Shown: positions 37,149 through 50,245, counted from the stretch's first letter. The stretch: 61,052 bases of DNA from Octopus bimaculoides (GCF_001194135.2 NC_068981.1:194176521-194237572), one strand, 5' to 3'. Program-made: numbers and translations. The notes: generated from the sequence alone by a model not told the origin.

Positions 37149-37264
37149 GCCCTCTCTTTCTAACTGTCTCTAATCCGGTAGAATGAGGGCTACCTCTGTC
37201 CCTTTCTAATCTCTTGCTTCCGTTCCCTCTCTCAGTAGAGAGGTTTTTGTCTTGCGAGTTCGCG

Positions 37265-37457
37265 GATACTGGTGCCACGTAAAAAGCGCCCACTACACTC
37301 TGTAAAGTGGTTGGCATTAGGAAAGGCATTCCTGAAACCATGTCAAAACAGACAAATGGAGCCTGATGCGGCCTACTGGCTTGTCAGATCCTGTCAAACC
37401 GTCCAACCCATGCCAGCATGGAAAAAAGGACGTTAATTTATGATGATGATGATGATG
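37265..37457 (+). mobile_element. SINE family C
   Basis: GCCACGTAAAAAGCGCCC...CCCATGCCAGCATGGAAA...(GAT)n. Confidence 0.75.
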
Positions 37458-38114
37458 TATTTGTTGCTATGCCTTGTCTCTTAGTTCAGTTGAATGTATC
37501 AACCCCAGTACTTATTTTTTCAAGCCTGGCATTATTCTATCGGCTTCTTTCGCCGAACTGCTAAGTTGCGGGGACGTAAGCAAACCACCCGCTGTCAAGC
37601 GGTGGTGGGGAACAAACACACACACACACAGAGTTCTCTCTGAGAACTACATTAAGGTACGCGTGTCTATAGAGTGCTCAGCCAATTGCACGTTAATTAA
37701 GGCCGTTCTGCTGATCAGATCAACTGGAATACTCATCGTCGTAAGCGACGGAGAGCCAGTCATTTCATTTCTTGCAGGAATATTATGTCAAGAAATTCAG
37801 TTTTGTTTGTATAGCTTTGAGTTTTAAATGTTTGTAAACTGTTGCTTTTTAGGTTTAAGTATTTTTTCGCAAGATTCTTGATGTGAATGATAGACGGTCA
37901 TTTTGCCAATAAACACACGCACTATATATTTGATCTTCACTTTAGCTTTATTATTATTATTATTAATTATTGTTCATTTGTCAGAGTTCTTTCGTTACAC
38001 ATTCTTTGACCCCTTCAATGACTTCGTGTTCTTGTGTGCTTGCTCTTCTTTCTGGTCTTATCCAGTCTATTCCATCTTGTGGTACGGATGTATTTGCGTC
38101 TAAGTTTGTGTGTG

Positions 38115-38246
38115 CAGCAGCGGACCGGGGGAGAGGACTGAAAGGTGCGCCCTTCTAAATAATGTTATTACGCCCTTTTCTCCTGGAATTGTATTCCCTT
38201 CTGACCTTGTGCCCTCCTTTCGAAAAATTCCTGGGACCGCGCCTGG
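38115..38246. mobile_element. Small hAT-like MITE
   Basis: Imperfect TIR CAGCAGCGGACCGGGG / CCTGGGACCGCGCCTG. Confidence 0.4.
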
Positions 38247-38389
38247 TGTGTATGCGTGTCTTGTCTGCATGGGTTTGTATATTGAACTGTCTGTCAGGTC
38301 GTGGAGTGAAGGTGTTACTTTTCCATTCGTGTTTTCTTTTGGTACTAGGTCTACTATCTATTGTGTGTGGCCTCTGTAATCTGAGTGTC

Positions 38390-38990
38390 GAGTCAGCTCT
38401 GTGTACATAAGATCTTATATGTTATCTATGGATTCCCCATGAGTTAGTTTAGCATGTTAGTACAGCAGTGGCGAGTTTTTCTCCTTGAGTTCCCACCAGT
38501 GTTCCTTTATTTTCTCTCCTATGCTACGGGCTGTCTCTTCAATATGTCTTTGTCATGATTCTGCACCATCCCTCTGTACACATTCTATAGACTGCATTAC
38601 TAGTTTCGTAGTTTATCTGTGGGCTTACTCTATACAGGTCCTATCAGTAGAAAGGGTCCTTTTTAAAGAGATATGTTCTACTGATCAAGGATTTTAAGGG
38701 AGTTCTTAGTCTTTCTCCTACTTCAATTCAGAGATTCGATTTATCTGAGTATTTTCTAAACTGATATGCTAGTTCGCTTCTAAAGTAGCGTCGACTAAAA
38801 TGACGCTCTAGTTGCTTTTTAGGCTTTCCTTTAATCTTTCTGCACCTTCCAGTGTCTCCATTACAACTAATATATCACCCACATACTCGGTGTATATCCT
38901 ATGTTCGCACATTGGTATTATTACTCTATTTTCTGCTGTAATCAAGGAAAAGTCGAAAACTCTCTTAAAATTGTTTTGTCTTTCACTTGT
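38390..38990 (-). mobile_element. Degenerate Penelope-like reverse transcriptase relic (second lineage)
   Basis: ENRVIIPMCEHRIYTEYVGDILVVMETLEGAERLKESLKSN*SVIL...SKPTD...IRSYVHRA resembles PLE RT motifs (IYCRYVDDIF, NSVL, RKPT, HRA); many stops. Confidence 0.55.
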
Positions 38991-39365
38991 CTCAATCGTT
39001 GGACTGTGGCCATGCTGGGGCACCGCCCTAAAGCGTCCTAGACAAACAAATCGACCCCAGGACTTATGTTGTTTATTAAAGTGGAGTACTTATTCTATTG
39101 GTCTCTTTTGCCGAAATGTTAACATAGGGGAACGTAAACAAACCAATGCCGGTTGTCAAGCGGTGGGGGTATAACAAACACAGACACACATATATAAACG
39201 ATGGACTTCTACAGTTCCCATCTACAAATTCACTTGTGTCAAACACATTGGTTGGTTCGGGGCGAGAGCAGAAGACACGTTCCCAAAGTACCACACAGCG
39301 GAGCTGAACCTGAAACAGCGTGGTTGCAAAGCAAACGTCTTAACCACAGCCAAGCCTGCAGGGAC
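38980..39365 (-). mobile_element. SINE family A
   Basis: Reverse copy. Confidence 0.75.
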
Positions 39366-39532
39366 ACATTTTCAAGAATAGAGATTACATATGTAATTGT
39401 GATGCCCCAAACACAAATTCTTTTTTTAAAAAAAAGGAGAAAAAGAGAAGGGAAAATGGTGCTGACAAAATGGTGAGCCATCGAGAATTCTTTTATGTTT
39501 TTTTTGTTTGTCCTTTTTTTTCCCTAAATTCT

Positions 39533-39895
39533 AGGCAGGGCTGTGTGGTAAGAAGCTTGCTTCTCAGTTACGTGGTTCTAGGTTCAGTCCCATTGCATGG
39601 AACCTTGGGTTAGTGTCTTCTATAAAGCAGCGAGCCGATCAAAAGATATGGTAGACGGAAACTGAAAGAAGCCTGTTGTATGTGTGTGTATGTGTGTGCG
39701 TGCGTGTGTCCCACCACTACTTGACAACCGGTGTTGGTTTGCTTACGTCCCCGTGACTTAGCGGTTCGGAAAAAAGAGACCGACGGAATTACCAGGCTTA
39801 AAAGAAAAAAATAATAAATGCTGAGGTCGATACATTCGACTGCAAATTCTTCAAGGCGGTGCCCCAGCATGGCCGCAGTCAAATGACTGAAAGTA
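39533..39895 (+). mobile_element. SINE family A
   Basis: Forward copy. Confidence 0.8.
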
Positions 39896-40304
39896 ATTGC
39901 AATCTACATTCTCGAATGCCTGTCTCTGCAAAAATTTCATTTAAAAAAAAAAAATGCATTTCTGAGGAAATTGTGATAAAAGAAAGAGGAGGANNNNNNN
40001 NNNNNNNNNNNNNNNNNNNNNNNNNNNNNNNNNNNNNNNNNNNNNNNNNNNNNNNNNNNNNNNNNNNNNNNNNGGTGGGGTGGGTGAGGCATTGATGGAG
40101 CCTTAATGTGTAGTTATGTCTTTGAGGTTGGGTCTCTTCATGTCTAGATAAACAACAATCGACAACCATCAATAATGATTTGTACTTTTCTCGACCCGAG
40201 AAAGAACTTAAGGTGAAGTCGACCCCCAGCAGACGAGAAGCCGTTTGTTCCTTCTCTGGCGAGAAACAGCACAAACGGTAAAATAAGTGAAATATTTTAT
40301 CATA

Positions 40305-40560
40305 GTTAAGTGATGATGATGATGATGATGATGTAACGATGATGATGATGGTGGTGGTGGTGAAAATGCTAATAATAATGATGATGACGATGTAATGATG
40401 ATGATGATGATGATGGTGGTGGTGAGAATGTTAATGATGATGATGATGATGATGTAGATGGTGGTGTTGGTGAAAATGGCGGTAGTGAAGATGGTGACGG
40501 TGATGATGGGGGTGGGGTGACTATGCCGGCTGTGGCGATGATGGTGATAAGGAGGAGGCG
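40305..40560. repeat. (GAT)/(GGT) trinucleotide low-complexity array
   Basis: Direct reading. Confidence 0.9.
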
Positions 40561-41098
40561 GTTGATGACAGGTGTGTGGTGGCATCATTGTTCAACTATT
40601 TCTAATCGCTCTCAGCTGTAATGACGGACAATGCTAGAAATAGCAGCTAAATATCCTTCAAACAGCACCAACCTACTGATAAAAAAAATATTAATAAAAA
40701 AAAAAACAAGAAAAAACGACACATTGTACAATGTAGTCCTGGGTACACCATATCATGTTTGTCAGTGACACACATTCTGTTATGAACACAAAAGTACAAC
40801 GGGAAGTGTGGCTACTACTAACACTACTACTACTACTACTACCACCACCGCTGCTGCTGCTGCTGCTACAGCAGCAGCTTTTCATCCTCCTCCTCTTACT
40901 GCCACTACTATTACTACTACGACTGCATTATTATAAAGCTGCATATATGTGTGTGTGTGTGTGTGTATGCCTGCATACGTTTGTATGTATGTCTATGCAT
41001 ATCGAACACATAAATGCGCAGATGTTCATATATGTATACATATGTATGTATGTATGTATATAGCAAAGCACACAGGTATCATCTATGTGTGCGTATGC

Positions 41099-41149
<51 letters not shown>

Positions 41150-41224
41150 NNNNNNNNNNGTATACATATGTATGTATGTATGTATATAGCAAAGCACACA
41201 GGTATCATCTATGTGTGCGTATGC

Positions 41225-41268
<44 letters not shown>

Positions 41269-41389
41269 TATATGTGTGTGTGTGTGTTATTTGTTTTTAT
41301 GTTTAGTTATAATAAAAAACAATTTTACATTAATCTGATGGTTCACTCTATACTTTTGTAAAGTACAAATCCATTAAGAATATTATTGA

Positions 41390-41468
41390 TAGTGACTTCG
41401 AAGTTCCAGGCCAGTTAAGCCATCGCAGTCCGACGATGTCTCAACTGGCCGAAACTTCGAAGTCACTA
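41390..41468. repeat. 79-bp imperfect hairpin built from two overlapping hammerhead-like motifs
   Basis: TAGTGACTTCGAAGTT...AACTTCGAAGTCACTA; plus arm AGT-CCGACGA-T-GTC-TCAACTG-GCC-GAAAC-TTCGAA-GTC-ACT. Confidence 0.55.
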
Positions 41469-44421
41469 AGCCACTACATGTACGTATGTATATAAAAAGC
41501 AGCTAATCGGGGAGCCTCCCCCCCCCACACACGCGCAAAAAATAAATAATTAATTAATAAAAAGCAAAAACAAACAGGTTATAAACATCAAAAATAAGGT
41601 GTGGGGGAAGTCAGGGTCTTTCAAAACAACAGGGCAGAGGGGCAAATACCCCAGGGGTGTGTTCTTCACCCTAAACGTACACACCCCAGGGTAAGAGTCA
41701 CAAATGTACTCTAATAGAGTTTATTGGAGAACTTTGATTAATTATGGTTGTTCCAAGTGATTAGGGGTTATTTATGGATCCGTGTCTTCTTTATGACATT
41801 TTTAACGTAGGCGACGGTAAATAGCGGCAATGAGGGATCGAATGCGAAGACGGGTCGTGTTGGGAACTTGCCATTAAAAGCGGTGGCCACGGTTCTGGTT
41901 TCATGAGATTCACTTTCAAAATTGATTTTTTTTTTTTTAAATTAAACGAGGAGTAAGGCAGCAATCGATTACATCGATTACCCCAGTACTTGATTGGTAT
42001 TCTATTTTACCGAGCCCCGAAACAATGAACAGCAAATTCGACCGTGGTGGGTTTTGAACTCAAAATGTTTAAGGCACACGATGGAATTTCGTTCGGAAAT
42101 AACCGTCTCAAACAAAATGGAATTTTTTCAGTTTTTCTCGCTGTATCTTGCCATTTTTACAAGAAAACACATGTAAGACAATCTAAAACACATGTAAAGC
42201 AATCTTTCGGTATTGGTAGAGCATTTACTACACAATTTTCAATCATGACAGAGAAAGGGACTAAGCTGAAAAAAGAGTGAATGACGTCGTCTTCTTATTA
42301 CTGACATTCTTGAAGACCAATACCGAAGGATCGCCCACATGTAATTTGCACTTTAAAAAAAAATTTCCAAAAATTCATGTTTTTACAAACTTAGCCCCCC
42401 CCCTTCATCGCTTCTTCGGAATAACTGCCACAATTAGAATGAATTTTTATTAATTTTTTCGGTATCTTTCGTTATTTTAGAGAATTATTTCACATTCTGG
42501 AACACTTGTAATTCACTTTGTAAGAAGAAAGACTATTTTTCCAACAAGGCAGTACCCCAGCTTGGCCGCAATCTATTAGGAACAAATCCCTAAAATTTCT
42601 GAACTCGAAATTCCCTCGGACACACAGCTAAAATAGCGCGTGGTTTTTTGTCGGACGCTCCACCGACTTAGTCCACACCACGGCTCTTTTATTTCACTAA
42701 TGCCATTTAAAAAATAAATAACTTAGCAGTTCGGCAAAGGAAGACCGATAGAACGAGTACCAGGCTTTAAAAAAAATAAGCACTGGGGTCAATTAGTTCC
42801 ACTAAATTCTTGAAAGCAAGTGCCCCAGTATGGCCGCCGTCTAATGACTGAAACAAGTAAAAGAATAAATAAAAAATAAATAAATAAACGTGATACGATC
42901 TCGTGATTCATTCCTTTTCAGTGTTTTGTAGTGAATCAAATACTTATAATGTTGTCAGAGGAAAGATTGAACGCCTCAGACTCCCATTTCTGCTGTGAGA
43001 AAACAAAAATTGTCATCATCATCATAACCACCACCATCATCACCATCTTGACCTTCTAATGATGATGATGATGATGATGATGATGGCGGTGATTTAGTCA
43101 GAATCCTTATCGTGACTGAAACACGTTCGGGGGAAAATGGCTTAGTCTCTCCTTAAAATGTTGAAGCATCGTAATATGTATAAAGGAGCATGCACGTATA
43201 CATACATAAACATACACCTGTATGGTGTGTGTATACACACACACACACACACACACACACAGAACACAAATGGAAAACAGGTTCAATGACGAGGCTTGAA
43301 CCGGCGTATGCACCACTTGCCGGTCGCCCGGCCGTGTCAATGAATAGGCCTGTTGTTCTTATTGTCTCAAATTGATGCTTTATATATATTTTGTATCAAA
43401 AAATCTTAGCAGTTAATTTATACTACACACACACATGCTGATGAGTATAGAAGCCGGAGAACAAGGGGATGGATATATAGACGAGAATGCAAGAGAAAGA
43501 AAAAGGGTTAGGGGTTAGAGAGGATGGAGAGACAAAGAGGAAGAGGACGGAGAGGTACTGAGAATAAAACAAAGGTGGATTGGAGAAGATAGATAGATAG
43601 ATAGATAGATAAGCAGGCAGAGTATATATACAAACAGATAGGATACAAATTGATACAGATACAAAGCTAGAATGATACAAATAGATAGATAGATAGAAAG
43701 CTATAATGAGATAGATAGATACATAGATAGATAGATAGATAGATACATAGATAGATAGATAGATAGATAGATACAAATGAATACAGCTAGATCTATAGAT
43801 ACAGTCATATACATACAGATAATGTGTCGGGAGGCAGGAGTAAAATATACAATGTTAGAAACCTACCTTTTCGATATCCTTAAAGATGGTTAACAAGGAG
43901 CTACAGTGATTTCACTGTATGTAAGTGTATATAAATGTATGTGTGTACACTTTATGTAGCTGCGTGTGTGTCTGTGCGTAAATATCCCAGCCGGTAAGAC
44001 TTACACATACATATACAATATATATGTGTTGATAGAATATTATATATATTATATACACATATATAAAATATAATTTGTGCACGCGATACGGTAATAGCTC
44101 CTTCACAAAGAACACGTGCGCCTCTAGTTAGCTATGTATGTATATTATATATATATCTATTTATGCACTCTATAGCTGAACTGCTCGGGATGCGTGCGTG
44201 TGTATGTATATCTATGTGTGTGTCTGTTTGTATATAAATATCTTGTAGTAAGTGTATGTTATGTGTATGTATGTATATAGTGATGTTTGCTCACAACATG
44301 AGAAATTTCCCCGCCTTAACGCCGAAATAAGAGAATACCGCTTCTTCGGTTGGAAGAGTCCACTTTCATAGAAAAAGGGGTTGAACAGCTTGTTTGCCTC
44401 TAACAGACGTTAATGCACTCA

Positions 44422-44463
<42 letters not shown>

Positions 44464-45083
44464 GTCTCTCCCTCTTTCTCTGTCTGTCTGTTTCTCTTTT
44501 TCTCTTTCTTGTCCATTGTGGACTCAGAGTGTATGTGTGTGTATGTGTGAGTGCCAGTGCATGTATGTAAGTGGCAGTGGATCTCTGTATGTGTATAAGT
44601 GTTTACATATGTGTATGTGTGTGTGTCTATGCACGAGTGTGTTAGTGGTAATGTATAATTAGAAGTGTGAATGCGTGTCTCTTTAAGTGTGTGTGTGTGT
44701 GTGGTTCCTCATCATATATTAGATCCTGCTTCAGTCCAACAAAAAATAATATAAACACAGAATGAACTACAGGAAAGATAAACACACACGCACACACATA
44801 TATACGTGTGTGCGTTATGTATACATAAATATGTATGTATATGTGTGTGTGTGTGTGTGTATATGAAGGAGCTATATATATCTTTATAATTTGTAATTAT
44901 AAATATATCAATGCATATGTTTATCTACTATGTGTGTGTATAGATATATATAAATATATATGCAGGCATACATACATATGTATAAACACACACATTTATT
45001 GAGTGTAATGTACATGTTTGTATGTATGTATGTATGCATGCACACACACACACACACATATATATATATACATATATATATAT

Positions 45084-45375
45084 AGGCGTAGGAGTGGCTG
45101 TGTGGTAAGTAGCTAGCTTACCAACCACATGGTCCCGGGTTCAGTCCCACTGCGCGGCATCTTTGGCAAGTGTTTTCTACTATAGCCTCGGGCCGACCAA
45201 AGCCTTGTGAGTGGATTTGGTAGACGGAAACTCAAAGAAGCCCGTCGTATATATGTATATATATATGTGTGTGTGTGTGTGTATGTTTGTATGTGTGTGT
45301 TTGTCCCCCCAACATCGCTTGACAACCGATGCTGGTGTGTTTATGTCCCTGTAACTTAGCGGTTCGGCAAAAGAG
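45084..45375 (+). mobile_element. SINE family A (gap-truncated)
   Basis: Head and upstream flank repeated after the gap at about 46130-46370. Confidence 0.75.
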
Positions 45376-46209
45376 NNNNNNNNNNNNNNNNNNNNNNNNN
45401 NNNNNNNNNNNNNNNNNNNNNNNNNNNNNNNNNNNNNNNNNNNNNNNNNNNNNNNNNNNNNNNNNNNNNNNNNNNNNNNNNNNNNNNNNNNNNNNNNNNN
45501 NNNNNNNNNNNNNNNNNNNNNNNNNNNNNNNNNNNNNNNNNNNNNNNNNNNNNNNNNNNNNNNNNNNNNNNNNNNNNNNNNNNNNNNNNNNNNNNNNNNN
45601 NNNNNNNNNNNNNNNNNNNNNNNNNNNNNNNNNNNNNNNNNNNNNNNNNNNNNNNNNNNNNNNNNNNNNNNNNNNNNNNNNNNNNNNNNNNNNNNNNNNN
45701 NNNNNNNNNNNNNNNNNNNNNNNNNNNNNNNNNNNNNNNNNNNNNNNNNNNNNNNNNNNNNNNNNNNNNNNNNNNNNNNNNNNNNNNNNNNNNNNNNNNN
45801 NNNNNNNNNNNNNNNNNNNNNNNNNNNNNNNNNNNNNNNNNNNNNNNNNNNNNNNNNNNNNNNNNNNNNNNNNNNNNNNNNNNNNNNNNNNNNNNNNNNN
45901 NNNNNNNNNNNNNNNNNNNNNNNNNNNNNNNNNNNNNNNNNNNNNNNNNNNNNNNNNNNNNNNNNNNNNNNNNNNNNNNNNNNNNNNNNNNNNNNNNNNN
46001 NNNNNNNNNNNNNNNNNNNNNNNNNNNNNNNNNNNNNNNNNNNNNNNNNNNNNNNNNNNNNNNNNNNNNNNNNNNNNNNNNNNNNNNNNNNNNNNNNNNN
46101 NNNNNNNNNNNNNNNNNNNNNNNNNNNNNGTAATGTACATGTTTGTATGTATGTATGTATGCATGCACACACACACACACACATATATATATATACATAT
46201 ATATATATA

Positions 46210-46625
46210 GGCGTAGGAGTGGCTGTGTGGTAAGTAGCTAGCTTACCAACCACATGGTCCCGGGTTCAGTCCCACTGCGCGGCATCTTTGGCAAGTGTTT
46301 TCTACTATAGCCTCGGGCCGACCAAAGCCTTGTGAGTGGATTTGGTAGATGGAAACTGAAAGAAGCCCGTCGTATATATATATATATATATGTGTGTATA
46401 TGTATATATATGTATGTAATTATGTGTCTGTGTTTGTCCCCCACCATCGCTTGACAATTGATGTTAGTGTGCTTACCTCGCCGTAACTGAGCAGTTCGGC
46501 ATAAGGGACCGATAGAATAAGTTCTAGGCTTACAAAGAATAAATCCTGGGGTCGATTTGTTTGAATAAAGGCAGTGCTCCAGCATGGCTGCAGTCAAATG
46601 ACTGAAACCAGTAAAAGAATAAAAG
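46210..46625 (+). mobile_element. SINE family A, full length
   Basis: Complete copy. Confidence 0.8.
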
Positions 46626-47089
46626 AATATATATATTCTCACATATATATATATATATATATANNNNNNNNNNNNNNNNNNNNNNNNNNNNNNNNNNNNN
46701 NNNNNNNNNNNNNNNNNNNNNNNNNNNNNNNNNNNNNNNNNNNNNNNNNNNNNNNNNNNNNNNNNNNNNNNNNNNNNNNNNNNNNNNNNNNNNNNNNNNN
46801 NNNNNNNNNNNNNNNNNNNNNNNNNNNNNNNNNNNNNNNNNNNNNNNNNNNNNNNNNNNNNNNNNNNNNNNNNNNNNNNNNNNNNNNNNNNNNNNNNNNN
46901 NNNNNNNNNNNNNNNNNNNNNNNNNNNNNNNNNNNNNNNNNNNNNNNNNNNNNNNNNNNNNNNNNNNNNNNNNNNNNNNNNNNNNNNNNNNNNNNNNNNN
47001 NNNNNNNNNNNNNNNNNNNNNNNNNNNNNNNNNNNNNNNNNNNNNNNNNNNNNNNNNNNNNNNNNNNNNNNNNNNNNNNNNNNNNNNNA

Positions 47090-47430
47090 TATGTTGTGAT
47101 CCTGAATTGGGCAGGGGACGTATGGCCCGTGGTCCCAGCCTTGGATGAACCTTGAAACTAATGTTCAGGTCGTTTGGACAATGCTGGCGGTATATTCTCC
47201 ACATCGTACAAATGATGTACCGCTCGCGGCGGCGCTGGAGAGAGTAGAGCTTCAAGGCTTTAAGGCGGTCCCAGTAATCAAGATCAGTCATGCCTTCAAT
47301 TCGTTTAGTGAGTGACCTCTGGGGTGATTCAATGTTTTGTTTTGTATGGGGAGACCACAGGGGGCAGCAGTATTCGAGGTGTGGCTGTACAAAGGAGGAG
47401 AAAAGTGGAATGATGACACCTTGTTCTCTC
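47090..47430 (-). mobile_element. 5'-truncated CR1-clade LINE (post-RT domain)
   Basis: VIIPLFSSFVQPHLEYCCPLWSPHTKQNIESPQRSLTKRIEGMTDLDYWDRLKALKLYSLQRRRERY, the classic CR1 RPHLEY...SLQRRR region. Confidence 0.85.
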
Positions 47431-48540
47431 CCAACTTCAAAGAATTTGTCATCTTTTACACTGATAAACTGTTCGAATGCTTCAATTACCTCTTCTTTAT
47501 TTAAGCCTATTTTATTGCGTATAGCAAGCTCAAAGTGTTTAAATATATGATAATCAGTAGGAGAGATATCGGGAGAATAAGGAGGATGTGCCAAAATTTC
47601 ATAATTCCGGCTTTGCAACTTGTGACCATAGCTTGAAAAGTGTGAGGTCATGTATTATCATGAAGCAAAATTGGGCCATCTTCATTCATTAATCAACGTT
47701 GCTTGTTTTTTTCATTTTTCATGCATACAATCAATTTCCTGACAATAGGATGTTGCTGTTACAGTTTTTCCTTGTTGCAAAAATGAATAATGAATAACCC
47801 TCTTTGTTGACCACCATACAGTGACCATCAACTTTTTAGGGTGCAATGGTGGTTTTGGGTAGTGCTTTGGTGACTCTCCTGCATCTAACCACTGTCCTGT
47901 CCTCCTGCTGTTATCAAAGAGTACCCATTTCTCATTACAAGGTAAAGAGCCAATACAAAAATGGTTCTCTTTCCAACCGAGAAATCAACATGGAACACAC
48001 TATTGAAAGGCATCTGTTTCTTTGAATCTCATTAAGATGATGGGGAACAAACCTATCCATCTTTTTGACTTTTCCAATCTTCTTCAAGTGTCGAGAAGCA
48101 GTTGCAGGAGATGTCTGGAGCTCTGATCCGATTTTTCAAACCGTTGTTCTCAGATTTCGTTTAACCAAAACATTCAATTCATCATGCCGAATAACCGATT
48201 TTGGTCTGCCTCTTGGTCCATTTTTAAAGCTTTCATTTCCTGAACGACATCTTCCGTGATCCAGCTTGTATTCGTACAAGAAAATCGCTCGGTATTGTTC
48301 AGTTTCGATATTTATCATAAGAGCCGTGGGTAACAATTTTAAATAATAGTATTGTCTCGAAAGAAAAAGAATTATGAGTAAACACAAGCATATACATAGG
48401 AACTGATTAAAAATCCATTTATAGATGACTCACAAGAAACCCATTTAAAATACATTTCATGTGAGACAACATAATATGTATGAGAGTATATGAGAGAAAG
48501 AAAATGGAATTCACAAGACCCCTTATTCACAACCTTTACA
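47431..48540 (-). mobile_element. Near full-length degenerate mariner (Hsmar1/cecropia-like)
   Basis: YRAIFLYEYKL..GRPKSVI; DRFVPHHLNE; KWVLFDNSRRTGQWLD..PKPPLHPKKLMVTVWW; PILLHDN; HPPYSPDISPTDYHIFKHF; stops and frameshifts present. Confidence 0.9.
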
Positions 48541-49470
48541 ATTGTTTTGGCCCATTATGCACCGGTACCTTGCAACTGAGATGCTGTACAATCAGTTGTA
48601 ATGCATTGTAGATGCAGATGCATCTCCTCAAGTACCTTCTCAAAAGGTATAGATATATACATACATGCATACATATATATGTACATATATATATATATAT
48701 ATNNNNNNNNNNNNNNNNNNNNNNNNNNNNNNNNNNNNNNNNNNNNNNNNNNNNNNNNNNNNNNNNNNNNNNNNNNNNNNNNNNNNNNNNNNNNNNNNNN
48801 NNNNNNNNNNNNNNNNNNNNNNNNNNNNNNNNNNNNNNNNNNNNNNNNNNNNNNNNNNNNNNNNNNNNNNNNNNNNNNNNNNNNNNNNNNNNNNNNNNNN
48901 NNNNNNNNNNNNNNNNNNNNNNNNNNNNNNNNNNNNNNNNNNNNNNNNNNNNNNNNNNNNNNNNNNNNNNNNNNNNNNNNNNNNNNNNNNNNNNNNNNNN
49001 NNNNNNNNNNNNNNNNNNNNNNNNNNNNNNNNNNNNNNNNNNNNNNNNNNNNNNNNNNNNNNNNNNNNNNNNNNNNNNNNNNNNNNNNNNNNNNNNNNNN
49101 NNNNNNNNNNNNNNNNNNNNNNNNNNNNNNNNNNNNNNNNNNNNNNNNNNNNNNNNNNNNNNNNNNNNNNNNNNNNNNNNNNNNNNNNNNNNNNNNNNNN
49201 NNNNNNNNNNNNNNNNNNNNNNNNNNNNNNNNNNNNNNNNNNNNNNNNNNNNNNNNNNNNNNNNNNNNNNNNNNNNNNNNNNNNNNNNNNNNNNNNNNNN
49301 NNNNNNNNNNNNNNNNNNNNNNNNNNNNNNNNNNNNNNNNNNNNNNNNNNNNNNNNNNNNNNNNNNNNNNNNNNNNNNNNNNNNNNNNNNNNNNNNNNNN
49401 NNNNNNNNNNNNNNNNTGTGCGCTACTGAAAACCAAGCAGTTGCATTATCTGGTCCAGTTTATATATATA

Positions 49471-49515
<45 letters not shown>

Positions 49516-49650
49516 CTGTGTTTGTATGTATGTATGTATGTATGTATGTGTGCATGTGTGTGTATGTGTGTGTCTGTCTGTATGTATGTATGTATGTATG
49601 TATGTATGCATGTGTCTGTATGTGTGTATGTCTGTATGTATATCTGTCAA

Positions 49651-49870
49651 TCCTGCGTATGCCATAAGGTCTGCAATTCTAACAGAGGCCTCAAAAGACA
49701 TTTTAAGATCCACAAAGATCAGAACTTCACTGCAGCTCTTGGTGGTCCAAATCAGATATGTAATCTATGTGGGTGTCTTTTCAATACATTGTCTGGTTTA
49801 AAAAGCCACATCAGACGTCATTATGAATCCAAGGTGTAAGTACAGGAGGTGGTCATACAACCACCATGTA
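49651..49870 (+). mobile_element. Two C2H2-like zinc fingers ending in a stop; probably a LINE (RTE-like) 3' end
   Basis: SCVCHKVCNSNRGLKRHFKIH...CNLCGCLFNTLSGLKSHIRRH*; no splice acceptor, abuts a microsatellite, and is followed by a small hairpin GGTGGT-CATACA-ACCACC like the tail at about 12900. Confidence 0.5.
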
Positions 49871-49934
49871 TTTTATTTACATTATTTACACTATTTACAA
49901 TTGATGGATATTTGTCCTCATCTTGTTTGCTGTT

Positions 49935-49980
49935 AACACAACGTTTCGGCTGATATACCCTCCTGCCTTCTTCAGGTGTC
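49935..49980 (-). ncRNA. Hammerhead-like motif in a solo Penelope terminal-repeat fragment (49868-49983)
   Basis: GACAC-CTGAAGA-A-GGCAG-GAGGGTATAT-CAGCC-GAAAC-GTT-GTGTT. Confidence 0.6.
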
Positions 49981-50013
49981 TTGATGACAGACATATCTTC
50001 AAAACAATATATA

Positions 50014-50245
50014 CTTATTTCTTTATTGCCCACAAGGGGCTAAACACAAAGGGGACAAACAAGGACAGACAAAGGGATTAAGTCGATCAGATCGACCCCA
50101 GTATGTAACTGGTACTTATTTAATCAACCCCGAAAGGATGAAAGGCAAAGTCGATCTCAGTGGAATTTGAACTCAGAACGTATAGACAGACGAAATACTG
50201 CTAAGCATTTCCCCCAGCATGCTAACGTTTTTGCCAGCTCACCAC
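50014..50245 (-). mobile_element. SINE family B with 17-bp TSD
   Basis: CTTCAAAACAATATATA at 49997-50013 and 50246-50262. Confidence 0.85.

Noticed and set aside
41040-41265. Tandem duplication across a ~10-N gap
   Set aside because: Identical sequence around a placeholder gap; an assembly artefact is most likely.
45003-46370. About 240-bp near-exact direct repeat (45003-45245 vs 46130-46370) either side of a gap
   Set aside because: Typical of unmerged contig overlap or two haplotypes; needs long reads before being treated as real.
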